From assembly GCF_964204865.1 (NCBI RefSeq), contig NC_135257.1, forward strand, positions 13,950,001 through 14,014,000: 64,000 nt of DNA. The letters run 5' to 3'. The translations under genes were made by a program, and so were the position numbers. Numbering within the stretch: position 1 is the first letter of the stretch; each line of letters starts with the position of its first letter. The DNA is from Styela clava. Lineage: Eukaryota. A model generated the notes under the pieces. That model was not told the origin of the DNA. It made no database searches and saw only the letters and a list, made by a program, of their open reading frames with translations. This document shows, piece after piece, positions 53,501 to 64,000 of the stretch.

Positions 53501-54663
53501 CGCGTCATGAACAGCACAAATAAACAGTAGACGTGGCCTCATATTTTTGAACTTAGAATTGTGATTTTAGAAGTTGTTATAATCGCGAAAATAAAAATAG
53601 AATTCTACATGGTATGTTTTAGGAGAACACTTCAAAATCCGCGCCATTTACTATTTGAACTGAGGTATTAAGAAAACCAGTCAATTTATATTGAAGCACC
53701 AGAAAAAGCGCGACAATCGTCCCAGCGTACGTGCAAGGCGATGATTTTATCAATAAAAGAATAAATTAAGACGTCCTCTAAAATCAGTGCTAATCGTCGC
53801 AATGCAGATGCCTATGTTTATGTCATGTCGTTGGGTGAAAGATAGATGGTGTTTTCATGGAAATTGACACTTCTGTTGATCACGAAGGGTGATGAAAAAA
53901 TTGCTATGACAAGCTATATCTTTTTTTGATCTAGACTGCCATCTCATGTGCCGCGACTGTTTTCGTTATCTTTCGTGTAACCTCTATTATCGGATGTTAA
54001 TTGTTTGATTGATTTTGGTTTATAAGCTGCAGTTTTGGCCAATTTCTTTCATAAGAACGATTGGATTTAGGTATTTTTTGGACTGACTGCATAAGTAATT
54101 CCATCGCAAAAAGTACTTTAAAATGCAGCAAAATTAACACTTAGTACCTATATTATGACTACGAAAAATTAGTTTTTTTTTCAGTATGCAATTTTTAAAG
54201 CTTCAACGAACAAACTGATTCATCATCTAGTATCAATGATTTGTTAGCCTATTTGGTACAATTTTGATTTAGTATTTTGGCGACAGAGTTTTGTTAATTT
54301 AGGACAAATGTGTGCAGTGGTCTTGGATAAATATAATACAAACAATAAGCAGTTGTAAGTCATAACTGGTTCAATATCTACATTGATTATTACAGGTATG
54401 TTGTCGTTGCGGATTATAAAATTATACATTTGTAATGATGATGTTTGGATCAACCGCTACGTCTTCATAGTAATTAGTTGATCTTATTGATTTTTTAAGA
54501 AGAAACGATTTATGAACCACCTATCCTTCACCAAAAAATAATATTTTTTGACAGACAGTCGTTAATGATTTAGTGTTTGCGCTTGTTATTTTGCTTGGCA
54601 ATTACGCTAATTCTGACAATAATGAAGCGAGATATTGTGATCTTGTCATTAGGCAGGTTTCAG

Positions 54664-54720
54664 TATAAATTAAAATCGCAATTATCGTGCTATAAATTAA
54701 AATCGCAATTATCGTGCTAT
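54664..54720 (+). repeat. Perfect 27-bp tandem duplication
   Basis: tataaattaaaatcgcaattatcgtgc occurs twice, plus tat. Confidence 0.9.
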
Positions 54721-56593
54721 TCAACTATGATTTGCGTTTGATTATGATCAGCTTCAGAACAGGCGCATGCAATAAAAATTATTTTATAAAATGTGCTTAT
54801 AATTTGTATAATATATATTATACTAGCACGTGTAATGGGACGCTATTAGCTTATTTGAAAAAAAATTGGGTGGCATTTTGGGAGGTTATTACATATACAG
54901 TGGTTTCATTATGAAATGCAAAAAATCTCGACATTCAAGGTATTACATAATATTATGCAAGGTAGGCGGCATAGATTAAAATGAATTGACTATAAAAGTC
55001 CGTGGTTTGAATATACTGTGGAATTACTTATATAAAGTAATATGGAAGACTCAAGAATGCATCATGTACCAGCGCCATTCATATCTGTAGTATCGTTACT
55101 CTATCGAGTGAAGCAGTTTAGAGTTCTTTGCTTTGTGCCGTTTTTTTTGGTTCCCCAGAACGAAGAATCTATCAATTTTTGTACCATCTAAATGAAAAAA
55201 ATACTTCAAAACAACTGATTCCATCATGTTTAACTTTTATTTTATTTTAACAGATTCATGTATAATTTTGTTATTTATTATGACTAAATAATGACTGCAT
55301 AAAAGTTCATCAAGCTCGGAGGAGAAGAAGAAACGAATTGGCTGATATCAGAATTATAAAAAGGTATTTGATCAAGTTTAAACTATAGGAAATGAATAAC
55401 TTTATAGTAAAAAAATTTAATTTGCGTACTGACAACTGATATCAAGTTTCCTTATTAGTGATGTTTCGAAAACATAAAACAAAATAGTTCATCAGTCAGT
55501 ATCGAAATATTTTGAAAAATACTCAAAAAGATTTTTGTAAAAAAAAAATTTAAAATATTTTCGCATCAAAAGTTTGCTGACGACATTAGCTCGGGGATAA
55601 TAACAGCACTGAAAATATAATAGATCCGCCATCCTATCCCGTGTTTCGGGGCAAAAAAGTGAAAACGGCGATCGAATTTCAAAAACACTCACAATAACCC
55701 GATTTTATTGATAAGAGAGTTGAAAGCAAATGGGCATATTTGTAATCAAATTTTAATTTTGTCAGAAATCACATCGAAAAAGATGTGAATACTCAATGAT
55801 TTAATAATTTATATAGTTTTATTTTTAAAAATGCCTCTTAGATAAATTTTGAATTTAATGATGATAATGAAAATTTATGAAACTAAATTGCAAAAATCAC
55901 ATAATGTTGAGACCGCACAAGATAACCGAGTTCATTGTATTGAACTGACAGATGCAGCAAAGATAAAGTTCGTTTAACAATTTAGATTGTTAATAAACGC
56001 ATAACCCAAGGCATGTAGAAGTTTATTTATTTATTTCGAATTAGTGGCTACTCAGATCGCTAGTATCAAGATAACTAAGTTCATTAAAAAACGACAGATC
56101 AAGTATTGGAATTTTTTCCGTCGTAAATATTTTCATTCTGAATACATAAGTGATATGGAAATCGAGAATTTGAATTGGAAATCGCAATAATGACATAAAT
56201 TATACAGTAAAATGAAATATTTTAATAAAAATTTATATTGCTATTCAATAATTCCAGAAATTATTATTTAGGACTTGATATTACCTAAAATTATACTTTA
56301 ATCTCTGTTAAATAATGCTTTTAAAATAATTGACGGTGGTGCTAGATTGGTTTATAAAGGACTGCTGTCGTTTGAAAGATATAGTCAACGCTCAACATCC
56401 ATTTTATTTTATTTTTTATGTTGTGTGCCTATAGTGCGAAATTCCTATTTGAATCTCATGTTCTGATAAATCGGTCCGGCATACCGAAAATGACATTTTA
56501 TCTCGAAAATTGAAAAAATTTACGTTAACTCAATTACTGGAAGCCAAAATTTTGCATTAGCGCTAAATCTATGCTTAGTTTGTTCAGAGTGGG

Positions 56594-56990
56594 TCATCAA
56601 TGTTGTCGGTTGAGCTTGAGTTGAGCCATAAACATGCATTTATCATACCGCGCCACGCTTCATGATCACGGTCCGTTTCATCTCGCGCGACGACAGACTT
56701 ACAATGGATGTGTGCTAATCACTTTTCTTTCTTAACAGTCATTATTCTTCATAAAGTAGTGATTCGCCCAGATCGTGGTATGGCTAATCCGGACAGATAA
56801 TGGGGTCTTGAGGGGTAATCACTACAGCACAAAATCAACAGTAATCAACGGTTCTAGGAGTTTGGCTTAGATTTTAAAAGGTTCCCCTAATTCCGTCATC
56901 AGTCATGAGCGTTCACAGTCCGCCAATCTCAAATGATTTCGTTTAGTGAGTTCTTTGTGTTCGTGTGACATTCGTGTTCTTATTTTAGAA
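56594..56990 (+). promoter_or_regulatory. Duplicated non-coding element, copy 3
   Basis: Shares ordered blocks with copies 1 and 2. It contains TGATAAAT (minus strand), TTTATGG (minus strand), TAATCC, CCGGAT (minus strand) and AGATAA. Confidence 0.55.
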
Positions 56991-59900
56991 GATGATCACA
57001 ATGATTACAACATTTATAACATATAACAAGGCAATAGTAACACAAGCAAATAAACAAATATATTACATTCCTCAATTGGATGGTCACAAAATGTCTCCAA
57101 GTTGAAAATATGATAATATTAAATTTGAGACAAAATTTTTTTTTTTAAATTGGGGATCACATATTCACATAAGACTTATATATAATATAAATGGTGTATT
57201 TATAATTTTTTAATGCACAGAAAATATAAATCATATTGTAACTATTTTTGATTCATTGTTTCTATTTTTCTTTTGTAAACTATTTTTTTTTTTAAATTTT
57301 AGTGCTGTGACTATTCAAAGTCAAACTATAAACCAGGGCTGCCAAACGTAAAAAAAAACAACAGTTAATTTTATAAAAAAAAAAAAAATGAAATACCATT
57401 CATTATATATGACTTCATTCAACTTTTTGTTACCACAACGATGAAGTTAATTCGAAAGCATATTAAATTTGTTCCTTTTTGCTCCATTTAAGTTTAATCT
57501 CGGACCCAAAAAATCAGGTTCGACTCACATCTTTGCAGTACAAACAACTTTTAAATCTCCGTCCGGAATTAACATCACATCAATGGACATTCGATATAGC
57601 AAACAACAGAATATTATCTTCTTCTGAAGTCGAAAATGATATCACGACATTGAACCGTAAACAATCGTAAGTCGGTAATCCCTTTCCAGGTGTTATTTCA
57701 TCGATATTTCATCAAATCCGTCGGGGACTTGAAAGATGGCGTTGTTTAAACATTCTTAGAAATCAGAGTAGGTAAACGCATCCCGGGGCTCTTTTAGGGT
57801 CGTTGCATTTCTGTCTTCTTGGAATTTTAATAGTTTAAAATGAAATGAAACGAGGAGATGTCGAAATACACTAACATATGAAATAAAATTAAATGAAGAG
57901 GAATGTTATATTCATATTGACGGTATTTTTGAAACGAATGTATACTCTTTAGCTAAACTGAAAAAATTATGTATATCTATTGAAAAAAGGTCAAGATATT
58001 TCCAATAATTTACAACAAGAAAAAGTGAGTTAAATAACTTTTTCTACTTATGAAATTTAAGGTTAGCTATTGTGATAATAGAGTAATATTAGGAAATAGG
58101 TATTCATTCATTTTGTTTTTCGTCGAGGAAATGAAAAACCTTTCAAATAATACGTCCTAATATATTGAAAAATTCACACACAGCTCTTGCCTGGGCATAA
58201 CATATTGTGTTTGTCGATATGCTGAATCAAGTACGATCGTTCATCATTTTTGCGGGTTGATAATTACATTGCTTTTTGCTACCTTGCTCAATGACAGAAA
58301 ACACTCGTGTGGTGTTACGGCAAATTTTTTCAATCCTTGTTTATTTTTAGTTGCCACGGTGAAATTGGAATCGTTCTTCGGAGCGTTAAATCTTTCCATA
58401 TATAGTTATCAACCACATCTAATTTAGGCTTCCAAAGAACTCACAGCCAAGATAAACGAAAATGTTATTTTTTGTTGGAAACATAAAATTAATTTTAACA
58501 AAGTTGACGGCTGTCCCAAATAATCTATTTTAAGCTAATAGTAATTTATGTAAAATAAAGAAATGACAAAAACTTGATTAATTTTTTAGCATAAATTTTC
58601 CAAAAGCAATTCTTGAAATATTGTTACCATTTTAATAAAATAAAGTTTACATGAATACAAATTGTAGCCTTAATATTATACGATTTCAGTTAATATTTCA
58701 ATAAACATACAAAACTAGTCACTTTAAAGTAGTTAACAATTAAACAACTTGCGCTGAAAACATTGTGATAAAATTGGAATGAGTGTTGCACTTGCTTCTT
58801 CAAGTCAAATACTCTGCAAGACCAAATTAAGTCACAATATGTTCGTTGTAGAATGTAGAATAGTTTACTTTTGTTACTTGCGGTCTGTTATTGAATCACA
58901 ATATTGAACGAACGAATTTTAACACGATTGTACAATTGTATTAATTAATTAATTGAATTAATTAATTATACAATCACAGGTCGGCTTATTCTAATTGTGT
59001 TGTGACAGTTGAAATCTCGAGACCTTGCTTTAGGAAAACTTGTACTATTTATAATTAATTCAGATGTACACTTATAAGGAATCATGTTATTAGTATAAGC
59101 TCTTCAAGTTTCTTTTATATCGGACGCTTTAACTTTTTAGGTCATTTGTCCAACTTTATCAGTATGCACGGTGGAATATGCTAGTGAGATTCCCCTTTTA
59201 CAAAATCAAATCAATATATTAATAATTTCCGAGTCGGTAAATAAAGATTTATTATCAAAATTATCGGTGATAGACCATGAGCGCGAAATTAGTTAGGCCG
59301 ATAGTAGTATCACATCGAGTTAATCCAATTTCGCAATTGCAGTTTTTTGTCTCATATTCGCTTGTATAAATCGTGCGAACAATCATCAAGCTTATTATAC
59401 GCTTTTAAATTTCTCAACACTGAGACTGTAAGCAAATCAAAATTTTAGTAGCTCTGGTTTTTATCCAAATATACTTTTCCAGTCGCACGAAGACAAGTTG
59501 TATAAACTACAATTCCCGATTAATAAATAAATCTTGACAATGCTTTCGACACTTTACGAACTTCAGACTATCTTGCCGCGGGCTGACGCTTGCGACATTG
59601 GCCAGACAGAACAGAAGTAAATTAATTTTTCAAATTTTTTCAAATAATTTATCATTGATATTAACATTATATTAGGTTGAGCGTTTTGCCCGACACAAAC
59701 GTCTTTCTATATTATAGTTTGGTTTTGCTGACAATTTTAAGAGATGGTAAGAAAAGAATAACAAAAACCTTTCTTCATTTTTCTCATCTCGAAGACTCTA
59801 TAATTTATATTGAACAAAGTTTTTGTCGAGCTCAATATTTTCTGTTTAACCTGGCTCTAATTTAAAAGTCTAAACCCCACTTTTTTTAAAGTAACCACGA

Positions 59901-62900
59901 TTTGTAATGTACTTCAAATAATAACAAGAGTATATATGCAATGAAAATAGACTTTGCGAAGGATACCATATACGAAGTTTGTTTTTGATTTTTTAGTTAT
60001 GCAGTGGCGTATTCTTCCGCCCCGTGGAACGTCGATTCTTTTCGAAACCAAATTCGAATCCCATTCGAATACGAATCCAAGCGGGCCTAACATAATAATT
60101 TAAGATCTATAGCCAGGCGCGTTTTCTTCAACGTTTCTATCGCCAGAGTCATGTTGGGTGAAAGTTTAAATTACTAGGAAATCGTAGTAACTTTTCAACA
60201 TTTCGTCTAAACGTCAACAGCAGATTTTATTGCAAGTTTGACAGTCTCGTATAACGAATCTTAATTGATATTGGATGAGCAAAGTTTTGCATAAACATAC
60301 ATGACAACGTTGTTGCCCCATATACATTATTCATTCTACGCCATTTCGTTTTAATTAGGAATAATTCTGTTAAAATAAATTGTCGAGAAAAGTTTCACAC
60401 CCTTCTGTGTCCGTTGGACCTTTGAGACAATCGTCCGATATAACCTTGTCAAATACTGTCATGAATAATTGACGTATGCACAATACATTCATGTTTCCGA
60501 TTAGACAGTAAATTCCAACACACGATGTTATGGATATAGTAATTATTATGTCTCGTGCAAAGTTCTGGACACTTTAAATAAATTTTCTAAAGTGATTAGA
60601 CAACGAGTTCTGAGGTAACATTCTTCGAGTTATTTCACAGCTAAATGGATCCGTGTCCTAAGATAGCATTTTTGAAAAAAAATAGATAAAAACTTGTCTA
60701 ATAAGCAACATAAAGTTTTAGAGCTTTTGTATTTGCAATAAAGCGAACATTATTTAATAACTAGTACAGATTGATTGGTCTCGTCGACTGTAAGGATCTT
60801 TAACATTGGTCTTATTAGAGGTCTTTCATTTATGTTATATTTTCTGTCGATTGATGCCATTTTGTCTCTCAAGCTTTCCATATTCTAAAATCCAAATGAA
60901 TGAAATATACGTGACAATTTACATTTACAAAGTTATTTGTATTTTATTTTTCTGTTTTATTTTGTATTGAGAATGTATTGTACGTAACAATACAAATGAA
61001 CCAAAAATTACTTTATTAAAACCATAAAGCTTATTTGTTTTTATAAAAGTCACTGTCGACATTGTCCAGACTTCAAAACAATTTACCATTCAACAGTCTA
61101 AAATTCCTCAACCCATGATGAAACGTAATCTGTTTATTTTACTTACAAGCATCTGTGACAAATTTCAGATTTTTCAAAGAAATTATTCCTATATCCTTAT
61201 GATTGTATGCAAAACAATTATTTAAATTAATTATAGTTCACTAATGGTCAATTAGATTTACTTTAGCAGTCAACTAAAAAAGCGGTGATTGATAATAGTA
61301 CAGCTAAATTTATTTTTAATTAAAAGAAAACGAAGAATCATCACTTTCTGTAGTTCCGAACCTCATAATATTTTTGAAGAATATTTTGTTACTAATTCTC
61401 CAACTGATGCTTTCGACAAAAATGGCGTAGTGGCAAGTACTGAATATATGATATGAGTTCGAAATGATTAGAGATTGGCATAGATCACACTTTATATTTT
61501 TCAATAAAGTATGGTCGGAAAAGTCAAAACTTAGTCATGTTCAAAACTCAAATACCTGACATCGATTTACTTGTAGAGACAAGTGAATAACTGAATATCT
61601 ACGATTTACGTATCGAGTTTCATGTTGTGAAGCTCTCGCAAATGCTTTTATGAACTTTGACCCCGCAATAATATTATAGGAAGTCTTCTCTGAAGATAAT
61701 TTTTCAATTATTAATAAAATAATTTTATTGTCATGAAATAACACGATTATGTATTAGTATTCCAAAATTTCGCATTTCAAATTCAGTGGCAGTCTCATTA
61801 ATTCTCAGAAAATAGTTTTTGAGTGTTTTCAAGCAAATTACATTAAAATTGCATGGCGTCGTATGTAGTTTCTCATAGTTCGCTTACTAACTATTTCGTC
61901 TGTCGTCGGGATATGTTTTAGATCACATTGCGCAGATGCGTGGTATTTTGTGATGTTTTCGACTTTATTGTCGGCGTCGTGATGAAGATCAGGAGACGAA
62001 AAATATCAAAGGCGACGATGTACAGGTCAAATTATGCATCATTTTGCATTCCTTCTGATCGCAAATTTCGTACGAATGATTGTGATCAAAGAGATTTTAC
62101 GATAGAAATAAAAAAGTTAAATAAAATTGTTCACAATAAACATTACGTATCAAATTTACGTGAAAGAGTAGTTCATGTTCTATTCATTTGTCGCCGCTTT
62201 AGTTTTACATTTATCCATATGGATGCATGTAAATATAACTAAAGAAATACGATACAGCAAGTCCACCGCTAAACAAGCAAAAATTACAAAGGTAAAAAGG
62301 GTAATTTTGAACTCTAGTGCAGTAAAGTACGATTCTATATGTAAATCTATTACAAAATACCGATTGTGCAGTTTTTTTTTTAATTTTCTGAACTGAAAGT
62401 GGATAGAGTACTCCTAGAAAAGTAGGAAGATTTAAGTTTGTCACATTTTCGGCAAAATATTCGAAAGATAGTGGAACTTCAAAGCTCTACAGCTGGGAAA
62501 CATTTGGGTGATTGTGGTATCGGTGCTTACGAATCTCATGAGTTGGGTTGGTGATCTCAACAGCCACTTAACCGGCCCCATCCGTTGGGGGCTATTTGGC
62601 AGTAATGTCATTTATAATATTTCATCGTTTTACACCGTCGCACACGAAAAATTAATACTTGAAAACTTTTATTTTACCTAATCGATATTCGTTGATAAAT
62701 TTATTCAATTTCGAAAATGAAATTTTTGTAATTGGAATGATTTGTTACAAATCTGATGATATTTGAATTATATATTTTTACTTTCGTTTCCTCTTCCCAC
62801 TGCTCGTAACTTTAAAATGACAAAAAATATCTTCACTTAAGTGCAAGACATTACCTTTGATCTAAACGAAATGTCTAATACAAACCATCTATTAATTTCA

Positions 62901-64000
62901 ATATAACAGGAAAAGGTTCACCGCGTCGCTAAAATACTTTGCTATTTTAGGCCAAAGTGATATTTAGTGTTCGATGCCGATCTGACACCGGTTAATGTAC
63001 AAACATACAGTAAAACTAGTTGCATTTTATGGTAATAGAATATAAATCTATATCAGTAATGTTTTCCAGTTACCTATGGGTCTATCTGTGCATAGGTCTT
63101 GTACAATGAAAATAAGATAAACTTCCGGTTAAATTTTATTGCTGAAAAATTCAAGAGATTTTTCGTTATTTTCATTATATTACATATTTAAAAAAAGCGT
63201 GCATATTTTAAATACAATTGAAAGACTGAAAGTATTTATTAATTACAGCATACTTTGACAACCATTAAAGCTGTTTTCACACCATTTAATAGTGTGCGAA
63301 TTATCCGTCTAATCGTCATCTTAACATCCCGTGAGTGTACTACATGGCGAAATAATGAAAGAGCGTTTTCCCGCGAAACCTATAATTTTGTTGAAAGAAA
63401 CAAGAAAAACACAGAATTTTAGCGACCATCCAATTAGTTGAAAGGTGTTAATTTTTGTCACTTTACCAAAATATTGTATAATTTCGAGTTGACTTCGCAG
63501 GAAACTTCCGAATAGCTTAGCGCAATTAAAACATTCTTTCTTTACTCGTGATTACGATAAAATACTAATTTAGGGCATAGGCAGGTGTTAAAATATATTA
63601 AAATGATAATTAAGAATAGACGTTCTATTTTGGGAAAAGTATCGAAAACATGGAATCTGCGAAAAGTAATTTACGCCAAATTTATTCTTTGATGTTAAGT
63701 TAGAAATATTGAAGTTTTGGGTTATTTGCACAAAATGGCGTCTTCGGAGTTCGAGATCTGATGATGTATGTTGCTAAACATTTTAATTCATTTTGATATT
63801 TCCTGTAGCAAAATTTCAGTTAAATTTACTAAAATTCCATTGTAATTCACTCTTGTTATTTGGGAGAATTTGAGAGTTATTGTAGGCAATATAGGTATAA
63901 GCAACACGTTTAAAGAGGCTTTTCAACGCCAAACAATTGACCAACATCTAACCACAGTCAGTTATATTGTTAGTCGTAGATAAAGAGAGGAGAGGAGGAT

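Noticed and set aside
45624-62600. Similarity between 45624-45648 (cagccgctaaa..tccgttcggggg) and 62561-62592 (cagccacttaa..tccgttggggg)
   Set aside because: Short and gapped with no extension in the flanks, so not distinguishable from chance by eye.
1-64000. tRNA, rRNA, snRNA/SL RNA, conserved miRNAs, CRISPR arrays or prokaryotic systems
   Set aside because: None recognised. Only seed-length matches were seen (tatggcact ~21826, tagcaccat ~39607), without matching mature sequence or hairpin. The DNA is intron-containing eukaryotic sequence.

Overview
AT-rich eukaryotic genomic DNA with short GT-AG introns. It is most consistent with an ascidian (tunicate); this is inferred from the 7TM family type, intron style and MITE types, not proven. 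The first 16.3 kb holds three co-oriented minus-strand membrane-protein genes, which I assembled by hand. (1) An intronless 353-aa atypical 7TM/GPCR-like gene at 2805-3866. (2) A 6-exon, 554-aa type I LRR receptor (signal peptide, LRRNT, ~7 LRRs, LRRCT, S/T stalk, TM, TIR-less tail with PPPY) at 6030-10218. (3) A 7-exon, 268-aa signal-peptide-less single-pass protein at 12421-16228, whose tail carries YEDI/YDDI/NxxY/PxxPxR motifs like a transmembrane adaptor. The remaining ~48 kb has no recognisable intact protein-coding gene. It contains three diverged copies of one non-coding element with block-like conservation (23.3-23.9 kb on minus; 38.9-39.1 kb and 56.6-57.0 kb on plus), an internally deleted hAT (Buster/SPIN-like) transposon, several MITEs and small repeats. 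Most short ORFs in the supplied track look spurious.
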